From Candidatus Latescibacterota bacterium (GTDB lineage: Bacteria > Latescibacterota > UBA2968), in contig OZ240241.1 in the NCBI GenBank assembly GCA_965198115.1, forward strand, positions 2,368,001 to 2,432,000: DNA of 64,000 nucleotides. The letters are read 5' to 3'. Below, one piece after another: positions 10,474 to 21,332 of this stretch. The position numbers and the translations under genes were made by a program. Below the pieces are notes generated by a model, which worked only from the letters and a program-made list of their open reading frames with translations, made no database searches and was not told where the DNA came from. Numbering within the stretch: the stretch's first letter is position 1; each line of letters starts with the position of its first letter.

Positions 10474-12807
10474 TCATCCCCCAAACCGGATCACGAACAG
10501 GACTTCCCTCCCCGGCTGCGGATGGTAGGGCGGAATGAACCCCACAGGATTCCGGATGGTGGGCTGTAGGCTGTCCACAGGTCTGACACCGGAGCCCGAT
10601 TGGCGTCCGACGGTCGCATAATCCTTCCCCAACAGGTTTCTGACGATCAGCTGGGGCTCTACTTTCCTCTCTTTGAGGAGGTTCCGCCCCGTCAGCGTCA
10701 GATGAATTGTCGTGAACCCGTCCAGATATCCGTCAGGATTCGACTCGGTCACGTAATCGTAGCCGGCCACGGCAACGCTGGCTGGCGTTTTTGGTTGAAA
10801 GTAGCTGTTCGAGGCCGGTGCTTTCGTCCTCCCACGCCAGTTCAGACGCGCGTTCACATTCAGGCGATTTGCCAGCAGGATATTGACGCCCGCATTGATC
10901 TTGTGTGCGGAGATGTTGTCGAGCTCGCCGTCTTCGCCCCGGGTGTAGGAATAGTTCGCGTATCCGAACGTCTCTCTCCCAAGCTGAAAATCACCACTCA
11001 ACGTCAGTCCGTAGATGTCTGCCGTGCCTGTGTTTTGGTAAAAGTCGAGGAGCTGGCTCTGAGGTCCGATCGGAAACCGAGTCGGATCGGGGTTTGGCGC
11101 GACCACGATCAGGTCCTTGAGATGACTGTAAAAGGGATTGACTCTCAGGTAGGCCTTTCCTTCCACTCGATAGTTCAACTCGCCTTCCACCGTATAGATC
11201 TGTTCAGGATCGAGATCCTCGTTCCCCCTGAATTCGTCGAACTGTTCGAAGACGGTCGGCGATTTGAAAGCCTCACCGTAAATGAGCTTGAGTCCGAATC
11301 CTTCCGGGGGGCTGCGCACGAGTCCGACACGCGGGTTGAACACGTGGCCGTATTCGTCGTCCGCATCGAATCGAATGCCACCCGACAGGGTGAAGTGGGA
11401 TCCGAAATCAACCTCGTCCTGAACGTAGAGCGCTGCGTTTTGAGAAAAGAACACGGGCTGAACCGACGGTAGCTCCGACGGCCACGTGAAAGGGATGATC
11501 GTCGACTTGGAATCCTGTTCAGGTCCGAAGGAAATGCCGTTGTATTGCTTGATCTCCTGTTCGACCTGCAGCCCCAGGACAAGCTTGTGACGTTCGCCCG
11601 AGTCGACATTGATCTGCTGCTCGAAACCGGTGACGAAACCCTCGCCGTGGTAGCCCTTCTTCTTGTCCTGCACCGGTGGATCGACACCGTTCGAGACGCT
11701 CTGGTATTGATAGGTATACGTAAACCCCGTTTCGGGAAGGAGACGATCGCTGCGGAAATAAGCACGGGAGGTCGACACCAGCTCTGGCGTCAGGTCGAAC
11801 GAGAAACCCGCATATCCACCGTAGCCACGGTGATGCGCTCGAAACTCGATCCCCGGAGTATTCGAGAAATACTCATAGGCCACGACCTCGCTCCCCAAGC
11901 CCTCGTCGCGATCCCAAAGCGTGAAGCCCATCTCGAAGCCGTTCCGTTCGAGCCTTCCTCTCAGAAAGATGTTGTCGATGTCGTTCCCGAAGCCGTCAGG
12001 AAGGGGCTTCCTCGCGCCGCCGGACAGTCGATCGTTCGCAATGTTCCCGTACTCCGATGTGAACACTGAGTCCGGCTCAAAATTGCCCTGAAAGAATCCT
12101 GCTGGATCGAACCGGCCAACACCGCGATCCCCATCCGTCCTGTACCATCGTCCCGCCAACTGCAGGCTCAATCCGCTCGCGAACGTGTAGGCGATCATCG
12201 CTTCGGGCGCGACGGTCTTGTGGTTGGACATCAGGACGTGAGCGTCGGTGACCAACCCCGGGCCCCCCAACGAGGGCTTTCGTGTGATGACATTGACAAT
12301 GCCCGCGTAGGCATTGGCTCCGTAAAGCGACGAACCCGGACCCGCGATCACCTCGATCCGATCCACGTCGAGAAAGGCGAAGTCGAATCCTACGCTGCGG
12401 ACCCAGCCGTTGGACACGTCGTTTCGGATGATGCCGTCGACCATAATCAGCACTTTTGTCTGACCCACGTCGCCGATCCCGCGAAACAGGAAATGCGCCG
12501 GGAACTCTCCGGCAGGTTGTCCAATCGTGAAATCAAACCCCGGTACGTCCCGCAGGACCTCATCCAAAGTCCGGTAGCCACGACGCCGAATCATTTCCCT
12601 CGTCACCACCGTCACATTGGCGGGTGCTTCCAGTGCTGTCTGCCCCCTGCGCGCTGGTGTCACGACTTCCATCTCGACCAGCGTGGAAAGCTCCAGGTCC
12701 AATAGCTCATCGATGCTTTGGGCGCTCAGATTCAGCGGCATCGCGAAAACGAAGCTCACGAGAGAAAGTCCAAACCCTCTCGCCCAAAGGGCGTTTCTAT
12801 GACTCAT
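10474..12807 (-). CDS. TonB-dependent receptor
   Basis: Signal peptide, plug motifs (APANVTVVT, LRDVPG, RIEVIAGPGSSLYGANAYAGIVNVIT), barrel motifs YVQDE and NPRVGLV. Confidence 0.92.
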   Translation of the reverse strand: MSHRNALWARGFGLSLVSFVFAMPLNLSAQSIDELLDLELSTLVEMEVVTPARRGQTALEAPANVTVVTREMIRRRGYRTLDEVLRDVPGFDFTIGQPAGEFPAHFLFRGIGDVGQTKVLIMVDGIIRNDVSNGWVRSVGFDFAFLDVDRIEVIAGPGSSLYGANAYAGIVNVITRKPSLGGPGLVTDAHVLMSNHKTVAPEAMIAYTFASGLSLQLAGRWYRTDGDRGVGRFDPAGFFQGNFEPDSVFTSEYGNIANDRLSGGARKPLPDGFGNDIDNIFLRGRLERNGFEMGFTLWDRDEGLGSEVVAYEYFSNTPGIEFRAHHRGYGGYAGFSFDLTPELVSTSRAYFRSDRLLPETGFTYTYQYQSVSNGVDPPVQDKKKGYHGEGFVTGFEQQINVDSGERHKLVLGLQVEQEIKQYNGISFGPEQDSKSTIIPFTWPSELPSVQPVFFSQNAALYVQDEVDFGSHFTLSGGIRFDADDEYGHVFNPRVGLVRSPPEGFGLKLIYGEAFKSPTVFEQFDEFRGNEDLDPEQIYTVEGELNYRVEGKAYLRVNPFYSHLKDLIVVAPNPDPTRFPIGPQSQLLDFYQNTGTADIYGLTLSGDFQLGRETFGYANYSYTRGEDGELDNISAHKINAGVNILLANRLNVNARLNWRGRTKAPASNSYFQPKTPASVAVAGYDYVTESNPDGYLDGFTTIHLTLTGRNLLKERKVEPQLIVRNLLGKDYATVGRQSGSGVRPVDSLQPTIRNPVGFIPPYHPQPGREVLFVIRFGG

Positions 12808-13087
12808 TCAGAATGACCTCAAAGCACCTTTACGATTACGACGAGCAGCCCTCGATCGAGTCGATTCCTGGATTAGCCCAGACGAAGCCTCAATATAACT
12901 TGGCACGTGGGCTGTTACCCGAGGTTTGACCGTTTTGTAAGGGATTCCGGAACGGCCGCCCTGCGTTTGGGGACACACGGGCAAACCCGACACATCGTAA
13001 ACTTGGCCACTCTGTGGCTCTGTTTATATTCTCTGCCCGAGCGCAGTCACGAACCACGATCGTTCCAACACCCGATGGAGAAAAGCG

Positions 13088-14158
13088 ATGCCGGATAAAG
13101 TAAAGTTAGGCTTCATAGGCGCCGGCTGGTGGGCGACGAGCAACCATATGCCTGTCCTATCGGCTCGAGACGACGTGGAGCTTGTCGGTGTGTGCCGTCT
13201 GGGCGCCGTCGAACTCGAGGAGGTCAAGGATCGATTCGGATTCGGCTACGCCACCGAGGACTATCGCGACCTGTTGGGTCATTGTGAGTTGGACGGTGTC
13301 GTCGTGGCCTCACCGCATACGTTGCACCACGAACACGCCCTCGCGGCCCTTGACGCCGGTCTGCACGTGATGTGCGAGAAACCAATGACCACGCGGGCAA
13401 GCCACGCCCGGGAACTCGTCGACCGAGCGCAGCGGGCAGATCGCCACCTGCTGGTCCCGTATGGCTGGCATTACAAGACCTTCGTCCAGCGCGCGAAGAC
13501 CCTGTTGGATGACGGGGCCGTCGGCACGATCGAGTATGCACTCTGTCATATGGCCTCCCCCATCCGCACGCTCCTCTCGGGCCAGGAGTTCGACGTCACC
13601 CAGGACAGCGGCGGATCAGAACCCGGCGTCTTTGGGCCGGACGTCACCACGTGGGCTGACCCGGTAAAGGCCGAAGGGGGCTACGGTCACGCACAGATCT
13701 CGCACTCGTCCGGGATGCTGTTCTGGCTCACGGGTCTGCGCGCTGAATCGGTCTTCGCCGTCATGACGGGACCGGGAGCAGAAGTCGAGCTCTACGACGC
13801 AATGACCGTACGCTTCGAAGGCGGTGGCATCGGCACCTTCTCCGGCGCTGGTAGCGTGCCTATCGGTCACGGCTTTCAGGTTGATCTACGCATCTTCGGC
13901 GACGAGGGGATGCTTCTGCTCGATTGTGAGCGTGCGCGGATGGAGCTCGTCCGACACGACGGTAAATCGGAATCGCTCGATCTGGAAGCAGACGAAGGGG
14001 CCTACGATTGTTCGGGTCCGCCGGCCAATTTCGTGGAACTCATCACGGGCGCATCGGTCGTGAATTTCGCTCCGGGCGAGGCGGCAATGCGTGGGGTCGA
14101 GGTGCTCGATGCGGCATATCGGTCGGCGAGGTCCGGGAAAGAGGAAGTGGTAGGATAG
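13088..14158 (+). CDS. Gfo/Idh/MocA family oxidoreductase
   Basis: LGFIGAGWW, VMCEKPM. Confidence 0.92.
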   Translation: MPDKVKLGFIGAGWWATSNHMPVLSARDDVELVGVCRLGAVELEEVKDRFGFGYATEDYRDLLGHCELDGVVVASPHTLHHEHALAALDAGLHVMCEKPMTTRASHARELVDRAQRADRHLLVPYGWHYKTFVQRAKTLLDDGAVGTIEYALCHMASPIRTLLSGQEFDVTQDSGGSEPGVFGPDVTTWADPVKAEGGYGHAQISHSSGMLFWLTGLRAESVFAVMTGPGAEVELYDAMTVRFEGGGIGTFSGAGSVPIGHGFQVDLRIFGDEGMLLLDCERARMELVRHDGKSESLDLEADEGAYDCSGPPANFVELITGASVVNFAPGEAAMRGVEVLDAAYRSARSGKEEVVG

Positions 14159-14217
14159 AGGGTGCGATGATCGACTAAACCGCTGGTCAAACTGAATACG
14201 GCTCGTGTCTGTCCTAT

Positions 14218-14886
14218 TCAGTTTTCATCCGCCTCCCTCAGCACCTCCTCCCGACTCTTGGCGTTCGACGTAACGAGGTCATCGGGAAGATGTTCCGTAT
14301 CCAGAAGTCGCAAAACCTCGAACGAGCTACCGAACACGAACGAGCTCAGAACGCAGTTCCAGCCACGCCTTCCGTGGTTCAGATGGTCCGGAGCGAATCG
14401 CTTCAGAACGTAACGGTGCACGCCGCTAACCGACGCGCCGTGACCCACCAGTAGCGCGTCGCCCTCGTCTGCGCTCACGATATCGACCAGGGGCGCGACC
14501 CTTGCTTCGATATTCTCCGGCGTCTCGATCTCTGACGTCCACCACGGTTCTGGCAACGCCTTCCTGTCATCGACCCGAGCATAGCGTGCCGCCAGCTCAT
14601 CGAGCGTCAAACCAAGAAACGCCTCCATCTGTCCTTCACGAATCACGTACTCCCGCATCTCGGCAGCGGCGACCACGGGAACGTCCACCACGTTCGCCAC
14701 GATCTGGGACGTCTCGACGGTTCGCAGATAGGGGGAACTGTAGATCGTCCCATTGAACCCCGTCGCTTTCAGCTTTTCCCCCAGCAATCGTGCTTGCTCG
14801 CGGCCAACACCGCTCAGGTACGGGTCTCCAACTGGATGATCCGTCTTCTGATCCACCTGACCGTGTCGTGTCACGTGAAGAATCAT
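14218..14886 (-). CDS. Histidine phosphatase (phosphoglycerate mutase-like)
   Basis: RHG, YSSPYLRTVET, LLVGHG. Confidence 0.9.
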   Translation of the reverse strand: MILHVTRHGQVDQKTDHPVGDPYLSGVGREQARLLGEKLKATGFNGTIYSSPYLRTVETSQIVANVVDVPVVAAAEMREYVIREGQMEAFLGLTLDELAARYARVDDRKALPEPWWTSEIETPENIEARVAPLVDIVSADEGDALLVGHGASVSGVHRYVLKRFAPDHLNHGRRGWNCVLSSFVFGSSFEVLRLLDTEHLPDDLVTSNAKSREEVLREADEN

Positions 14887-14981
14887 TCGGTTTCCTTTTG
14901 GATGGCCATAGAAAACGGCTTGCCAGGATCCTCATAGCAAGCCGCTTCGACAGCCGTCCGGCGATCACACTTCTGGTAGAG

Positions 14982-15791
14982 TCACGCCACCGGGACAGCA
15001 GGATTATACTCGATGCGTCGAAGGAACCGCTCGCCCACGTCGTAGTCCGGCTGATCCGACACGAAGCGCCACTGCTTGATGCGCTGCATCAACTCGTAGC
15101 GGGACTCGTTGCCTTCCCATCCGTGGCGTGTCGACAGGATTTTCCCGATTTCCGGGTCGTCCAGGTCTGAGGTGTCGAAGTGGCGCACCTGAGGCTTCGT
15201 CGGATTCAACCGCATTTTATACATATACCGATCCTGATCAGTGTGGTTGCTCCGAGCGCCGTGCCAGACGCGCGTGTTCCACACATACATCGTCCCCGCT
15301 GGGCACACCGCCCAGATCTTCCCCTTGATGTGCTGGTATCCCCGGATCTCCCCCGTTCGTACGTTTCGAAAGTGGGTGCCTGGAACCAGGAACGTTCCAC
15401 CCATCTCGTTCGGTGTATCCACGGGAAAAAATGACAGCTGGATATCATAGTAGTTCTCGCGGAAGTCGATGACCGAATCCTGATGCATATCCGGTCCCTT
15501 CATCTGCCCTGCCCTCATCAGATGGGCGGCGTGGTGATCGTAAAGTGGATCCGGTCCCACAAGCGAATGGATCAGACCCTTCACCTCCGGCAGCCTGAAC
15601 ACATCCCCTAGAGCTGTCCCTTTCGGCCACGTCTCTTCGAACGGCGTACCCACCGCCAGATATCCTCTGTTGTTCGTCATCTCCTCGCGACACGCCTCGC
15701 ACAGATCCTTCGGCACCATATCCTCGAACCTCAGATAGCCCGAGGCCACGAAATGCGCCATCTCCTTCGACGTGATCAGGTGATCCATCAA
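14982..15791 (-). CDS. PhyH-family dioxygenase
   Basis: FVASGYL, MHQD, GGTFLVPGTH, WHGARSN. Confidence 0.88.
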   Translation of the reverse strand: MMDHLITSKEMAHFVASGYLRFEDMVPKDLCEACREEMTNNRGYLAVGTPFEETWPKGTALGDVFRLPEVKGLIHSLVGPDPLYDHHAAHLMRAGQMKGPDMHQDSVIDFRENYYDIQLSFFPVDTPNEMGGTFLVPGTHFRNVRTGEIRGYQHIKGKIWAVCPAGTMYVWNTRVWHGARSNHTDQDRYMYKMRLNPTKPQVRHFDTSDLDDPEIGKILSTRHGWEGNESRYELMQRIKQWRFVSDQPDYDVGERFLRRIEYNPAVPVA

Positions 15792-16081
15792 CCATCCTCC
15801 TCTTCCTGTCGTTCGTTGAACCTCTGCAGCACCGTCTGGTAGGGCAGTGGCCCGAGTTCATACCCGTCCTTTTCTGAGCGATGCTTCAACTCACCCATCT
15901 GAATGACCTGCCACCCATCGCGCATCGCGGCCAACGCGTTTTCATACGGGGGCTCGTCCTCCTCGACCAGATCCTGAATCCCCGTTCCCTTCGAGGCCTC
16001 GTATCTCGCCCAGGCAACGGGTTCCACGTCGAGGGCAGGCGACGTTTGAAAGAGTACCAGAATATCCTGAACCGCGGGCAT
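15788..16081 (-). CDS. Small hypothetical protein translationally coupled to the PhyH gene
   Basis: 97 aa, GAAGGA RBS, stop overlaps next start; YENALAAMRDGWQVIQ. Confidence 0.7.
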   Translation of the reverse strand: MPAVQDILVLFQTSPALDVEPVAWARYEASKGTGIQDLVEEDEPPYENALAAMRDGWQVIQMGELKHRSEKDGYELGPLPYQTVLQRFNERQEEEDG

Positions 16082-16187
16082 ACAAATCCTTCAATAAGAT
16101 GTGAAGGCCGCGTGGAATGAACAGCGCGGTTTTTGAACAAGATTAGGCAGATAATCTAACAAAGAGAACAGGCACTACTTTCTTAAA

Positions 16188-17107
16188 TCACGCACCATAC
16201 ACCATCCGAGCATTCCCGCCAAGGATCAGCTCACGATCGTGGACCTCGAGGTAGCTGATATGCTTCTGCATCAATCGCAGAAAAGCAGGGTAGCTCTGGT
16301 GCTTTAACGTGCCCGGCTGATCGGTGCCCCAAAGGATCTTTCTCGGACCAACCGTATCGATCGCCTGCCTAAGGTACCGCTCGGCCGATGGATACGGGAA
16401 ATCCTCCTCCCAATCCGGCAGCGAGGAAACGTCGAACCAGACGTTCGGAAGTGTGCCGAGCGCAATCTGGTCCTCCCACATTTTCCATCTCTCGGGATCG
16501 CCCTCCTCCGCCCATTTTCTGGGTTGACCGAGATGTGCGATCACGATCTTGAGTTCAGCATACTTGTGAGCGATCCGTCGAACGGCATCCGTCTGATACG
16601 AAGGTTGCTCGGCCGAGCCGAGATCCAGTACTAATGGAACACGGGCACGGAGGACCGATTTCCATAGCCAGGCGATCGCGTCGTCATTAAGGCACGCGCC
16701 CGGGTGGATACCCGACAACCCCGTCTTTTGCGAAAACTCGATCTTGACCGCGCAAAACCGTCCCGTTTCGAGCAACCGCTCGAATTCAGGACGATAGTCT
16801 GGCCGCCAAGGGTCCGCGTGCAACGCTCCGAGGAGCCGGTTCGGGTACCTGTCCAGCGCCTCGAGAACGTAGGCGTTGCACTCGCCGTAAAACGTCCCCT
16901 GCAACAGCACAGCCTTGTCCACACCCGCCCAATCGAGATGCGAGATCAACATCTCGGGCGTGTACTCGGTGCGCTCGTTGTAGGCTGGGAACAATCGCAC
17001 CGTCTCCTCGCCGACCTTGATGTTCCCATACCCGGCGCTACCGGTTCTCCCATCCCCAATGACACCGTTCACAACGGGGAAAATGTGGCATGGGCATCAA
17101 CGATCAC
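16188..17107 (-). CDS. Amidohydrolase family 2 protein (1-nt frameshift near 17088)
   Basis: GTG 17107 gives IVDAHA[H]IF when one C is restored; AGVDKAVL, VIAHLG, VWFDVS, ILWGTD, ILGGNA. Confidence 0.85.
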
Positions 17108-17272
17108 TTAACCATCCGTCAGTTCTACCCTTCGTCGATTATGCGCCGGGAGCTGGCGCTTCTCACTTCTTGTTTGAAGTCTCCTCCGCGGCTACCGATT
17201 CACGAACGATCCACCCATCGTTCGTGTCTTTCCAGGTTCTCTTCGCGTCTTCGTGTCTTCGTGGTTCAAGCT

Positions 17273-18184
17273 TTATCGTGCATAGCCATCCGAATGATCC
17301 CCACGCCAGTCCGGCAGATAGCCTTCCTTCGCGTCGAATCCATACGATGGACCGATCTGGTTCTCCGTCCGCCACGGCCAACCCTGTCCGCCGATCACAC
17401 GAAAGTCGTCTCCCTTCCCACAAAGCCAGTAGTACATATGGGCGGCATAACGAGCCAGATTGTGACCACCGAAGTACGCCGTGCGGGGGTCGAAATCGGG
17501 TTCGACGATCCAGTCGCGTGTGGGGACGACGGTGCGCCAGTAGCTGTACTTCAGCATATGACGCAATCCCGTCGCAGTGGACGTTCCACGACGGTGCATG
17601 ATGCTTTGATGGTGGATGCCCAGGGTACCCGCCGGACCTTCGGACAGAACAGCGTTCGTGGGTTCCTTGTCCCGGCTCTCGCGGATGTGCGTGCTCGGCA
17701 CAAGCTCCGTTGGTCCCAGCTCGGCCGGCGTGTCTTGCGGGAAGTAGAAGACCTCGACGCAATTGAGCTCGGGACCAAAAACATGATCCGCATCGTGATG
17801 CCAGCCCTGCGCTTCCTGGGGGCACTCGACGCGGTGATGACTCACGAGCACGGGCAACCCCACGCTCTTGCCCAGTAGCGACCGTATGGCGCCCGTCACT
17901 TCAGCATTCAGAAGCACGTGCTCGATGAACCAATCCTCCAGAAAAATCGTACTCGGCTCGTGCGAAGCCCGGATGCGTTCGAGATCCGCCTCCGTCATTC
18001 CCTCTGGAATCCACGAAGGGTTCGCGGGAACCTTTCCTTCCAGGTAATCGCGCGTGCGCCGGTTGATCTCGTCGGGCACGACACCTGGCAGGAGCAGATG
18101 TCCTTCCCGGCAGAAATCGAGAACCTGCGAATCGGTGAGCGTTGGCTCGCAATCAAAAGTCCGCTTTTTCTTGTCGTATTCCAT
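17273..18184 (-). CDS. PhyH-family dioxygenase
   Basis: WHHD, YFPQDTPAELGPT, IMHR. Confidence 0.85.
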   Translation of the reverse strand: MEYDKKKRTFDCEPTLTDSQVLDFCREGHLLLPGVVPDEINRRTRDYLEGKVPANPSWIPEGMTEADLERIRASHEPSTIFLEDWFIEHVLLNAEVTGAIRSLLGKSVGLPVLVSHHRVECPQEAQGWHHDADHVFGPELNCVEVFYFPQDTPAELGPTELVPSTHIRESRDKEPTNAVLSEGPAGTLGIHHQSIMHRRGTSTATGLRHMLKYSYWRTVVPTRDWIVEPDFDPRTAYFGGHNLARYAAHMYYWLCGKGDDFRVIGGQGWPWRTENQIGPSYGFDAKEGYLPDWRGDHSDGYAR

Positions 18185-18242
18185 GCAATCTCTTTCACCG
18201 AGAGGATAGTTTGCCTTGTCTTACCTGACGTCTGACGCATGC

Positions 18243-18271
18243 CCACCGTAGCCGCATTCTGCGGCGAAGGT
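18243..18271. repeat. REP-like hairpin, family ccRccgWagc-N-gcgRaggNgg
   Basis: ccaccgtagccgca-ttc-tgcggcgaaggtgg; relatives on the opposite strand at ~31401-31441 and ~50041-50076. Confidence 0.55.
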
Positions 18272-18303
18272 GGGACTGACAACTCAGCGGCCAACCGGCC
18301 GCG

Positions 18304-19299
18304 CTACCATCGAATGATCGTTCCGACGATCGACTTATCCCCTTCGTCCAACCGCCTGTAGACCTCGGGCAGCTCGTGCCAGTCGAAGGTATGCGTCAAC
18401 ATCGGAGCAATCTTCAGCTGGCGGCGGGCGAGCAGGTCGATCGTCAGCCCGAACGAACGGTTCCGAGACCATCGATCGTGTTCGGGCGGGAAGGCATACG
18501 TCGTGACGATACGCAGACGCTTGCCCAAGAATGGATGTCCTACCGGATTGAAATGCGGATGTTCGGTGTGGCGGGCGACAATCACCAACGTGCCATCGGT
18601 GCGAGTCACTTCCATCGCCGTGCGGATTCCCGCCCAATTGGAGGCCGCCTCGCAGGTCACGTCCGCCCCGTCGTCGTCGAACAGCTCGACGACCCGAGCG
18701 ACGGCATCCTCCTCCTCAGGGCTGACCGCCAACCGGGCGCCCATCTCACGCGCGATCCCCAGACGCGTCGGATCCGGTTCCACTACGGCGATCCGCATTC
18801 CGAACGCCGCGCCGTAGGCCGTTGCCGACAGCCCGATCATTCCCTGCCCCACGACCGCGAGGTTGCCCCCCACCGGGGGATCGCCCTGACGAATGCCCTG
18901 GTGCGACACCTCGATGATATTCAGCATGACCGCCTCTTCATCGGGTATCGCATCGGGCAGTCGTAGCACGGCACCTGCAGCCACAGCGGCGTATTCCTTG
19001 TGCGGTTCGGGGACGAACACCCGCTCACCGACCGCTAAATTCTCGACCTCCGACCCGACCTCGACGACCTCCCCAACCATCGAATAGCCGTTCTCGGTGG
19101 GCAACTCGAACGGCACCGTCTCGTGCATGAAGCGTCCCCCATCGTCCACGGCGATCCCTCGATAGACCCGTATCTCCGTACCGGCACTGATCGCCGTGAT
19201 TCTGGCCTTCACCACGACACCGTCGGGAGGACACGCCGGCATCTCCACGTCTTCGAATTCAGCCTGGCGGGGCCCCGTAATCACGAGTCGCTTCATCAA
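18304..19299 (-). CDS. Zinc-binding/MDR alcohol dehydrogenase family
   Basis: ISAGTE, GYSMVGEV, VVGQGMIG. Confidence 0.88.
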   Translation of the reverse strand: MMKRLVITGPRQAEFEDVEMPACPPDGVVVKARITAISAGTEIRVYRGIAVDDGGRFMHETVPFELPTENGYSMVGEVVEVGSEVENLAVGERVFVPEPHKEYAAVAAGAVLRLPDAIPDEEAVMLNIIEVSHQGIRQGDPPVGGNLAVVGQGMIGLSATAYGAAFGMRIAVVEPDPTRLGIAREMGARLAVSPEEEDAVARVVELFDDDGADVTCEAASNWAGIRTAMEVTRTDGTLVIVARHTEHPHFNPVGHPFLGKRLRIVTTYAFPPEHDRWSRNRSFGLTIDLLARRQLKIAPMLTHTFDWHELPEVYRRLDEGDKSIVGTIIRW

Positions 19300-19470
19300 T
19301 TCTCCTGTTCAATCCGAGTCAGTGCACAGTGTAGGTGAGCCAGGGTTTCCATCGAGTCGATCCACAGAAAATGGCTCACGCATTGGATGCGCAAGCCATT
19401 TCGTCCTCGGTAGATGGGAGGTGTGCTCCGGCTGTCCCCCGAGGTCTACACCCTTAGCGCGACAGGATGG

Positions 19471-20955
19471 CTACTCGGCTGCGATGCTGTATCCCCGAGC
19501 AAACTCGAGGAAATCCGCGAAGTCCACAGTCCCATCTGCATTCGTGTCGGCTGCAGACGAAAACCCGGCCTGTCCGCGCAACGTATTGAAACTCCCTGCG
19601 AAGGCAAGGAAGTCCCCGAAATCGACCGTCCCATCGCCTAAAACGTCAGCGAGCAATTCGGGCAGTTTAGCGTGGAAGGAATGAACGTGGCGTGTGCCGT
19701 CGGGGGACTGTGTCTGATAGAGCCCTTCGAGAAAGGGTGCACCGAAGACGGACGCTCGTGAGGCAGCGAGGAACACACGAGATGACGTGTAATCACCGGT
19801 CTCCGGGCGAACCCCGAGCGACGCTGGCGAGCCGAGGCGTCTTCCATCCTCGGCGACCCGTTCCACGACCAGATCGTCATCCAGCACGCGCACGATGAAT
19901 AGGACGCCATTCGGCGCCTCCCAGAGACGACCTTCGTTGGCCCAACCATCCGAAGAGAATCCGACGTGCGTCAACGGACCTCCGGGAGGTCCAAAAGCAT
20001 GCATGAGCGCCGAGATGGCTGACTCGTTCTCCCGTTCCTGAAACCTGTAGAGAATATGGACATCACCATCTTGGTCGATCAGCATGTCGTCGTTGTGGGC
20101 CCACCCTGTCGTGGCCTGCACGTCGACGATGTTCAGGGTCTCATACGGCTCGTTCAGCAGATCTGGAGAATAGTAATACTCGAGGGTTCTGAACACGAAG
20201 GTGAAGCTTTCTCCCGCGGCGACCTTTTCCGCGTCGATAATGTCCTGGGTACTGAACACGTGCGCTTCCCGATCGCGCAGGGCGACGAAGGGATAGGTGT
20301 GCCGATCGACGTTCGAGGGTGAGTCCGGACGGTCGGCAAACTCGACGATCGTCCCCTGTTGCCACGTCTCGGAGCCCTGTTGTAGATAGCCGTATCGATG
20401 GTTTGGCCACGCCGATGGCACAACCAGAAGGTCACCTGAAGTGTTTGTTGCAGCGCCGGCGTAAGGCCAGAGATCGTCGTAGCCGACGTCGGCTATTTCC
20501 TCAAAGGGATCGCTCGACTCCGAGTCCGGATCGAAGCGCAGGTGATTGCACACGCCATCGAGCCAGGCGAATACGTGGACCCGATCCTGTTCGTCCACCA
20601 GCAGGCTCGGAGGTTGATTGAGCATCTTGGATTCCGAACTCAGGTAAATGCGTTTCCAATTATCTCCGTTCAGCTCATAAAGAGCCCATTGCTGCTGATG
20701 GTCTTCGTCCCACGGCTGCAGCAGGCCGGCATAAACACGAGATCCGGCTCGGACGATGATTGGTTGATGGTATCCCCAGAAGACCGGTGTATTCCCGGAG
20801 AACTGGGCAACTATCGTAATCGACCTCGTTTCAACCTCCCAGTCTGATGCATCCACATCGATAGGAGTCAGCGCGATCCAACAGATCGGTAGCAACAGCA
20901 CACCAAGCATTGTGAAGCGGGGTTTAGACGAAATCCTCCGAAAAGTAGAAGACAT
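19471..20955 (-). CDS. Secreted protein with C-terminal paired EF-hand/dockerin-like repeats
   Basis: Signal-like LGVLLLPICWIAL; GDGTVDFGDFLAFA and DTNADGTVDFADFLEFA; start uncertain (20955 or 20910). Confidence 0.75.
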   Translation of the reverse strand: MSSTFRRISSKPRFTMLGVLLLPICWIALTPIDVDASDWEVETRSITIVAQFSGNTPVFWGYHQPIIVRAGSRVYAGLLQPWDEDHQQQWALYELNGDNWKRIYLSSESKMLNQPPSLLVDEQDRVHVFAWLDGVCNHLRFDPDSESSDPFEEIADVGYDDLWPYAGAATNTSGDLLVVPSAWPNHRYGYLQQGSETWQQGTIVEFADRPDSPSNVDRHTYPFVALRDREAHVFSTQDIIDAEKVAAGESFTFVFRTLEYYYSPDLLNEPYETLNIVDVQATTGWAHNDDMLIDQDGDVHILYRFQERENESAISALMHAFGPPGGPLTHVGFSSDGWANEGRLWEAPNGVLFIVRVLDDDLVVERVAEDGRRLGSPASLGVRPETGDYTSSRVFLAASRASVFGAPFLEGLYQTQSPDGTRHVHSFHAKLPELLADVLGDGTVDFGDFLAFAGSFNTLRGQAGFSSAADTNADGTVDFADFLEFARGYSIAAE

Positions 20956-21332
20956 CGTCTTTGATGGAAGCTTTCTCGTCAGCATTTTTTCGCTAGCATT
21001 CTGCAAGTCACAAGATTCCTCGGTTCGCCTCTTGAGGGTGATGAGGCTAATGTAATCTCCTTGAGACAATATCTGTATGCAGAGGGCACCGAACAACGAG
21101 CGCTCAAGATCGCAAAAATGAGTCAAGAGTTCCTATCTTGGACAGCAGAATCAACCTGCGCGGGCATTAGCCTTGACGGGTTCCGGAATCCCGCCCAAGT
21201 TCACGAGGTTGCCCGGTTGCAGGCTTGGAAGATGCACGGAGTCCAGGTCGGAATGAGTCTAATTTCACAACCACAGCTTCTCGAAAAAAGATCCAGTCTT
21301 GCCTTCGCCTGCGGAGGAAACGGAGGAGAAAT

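Noticed and set aside
20956-21332. ORFs 21061-21345 and the extended starts of neighbouring genes
   Set aside because: No motifs or RBS support; more likely a divergent promoter region.
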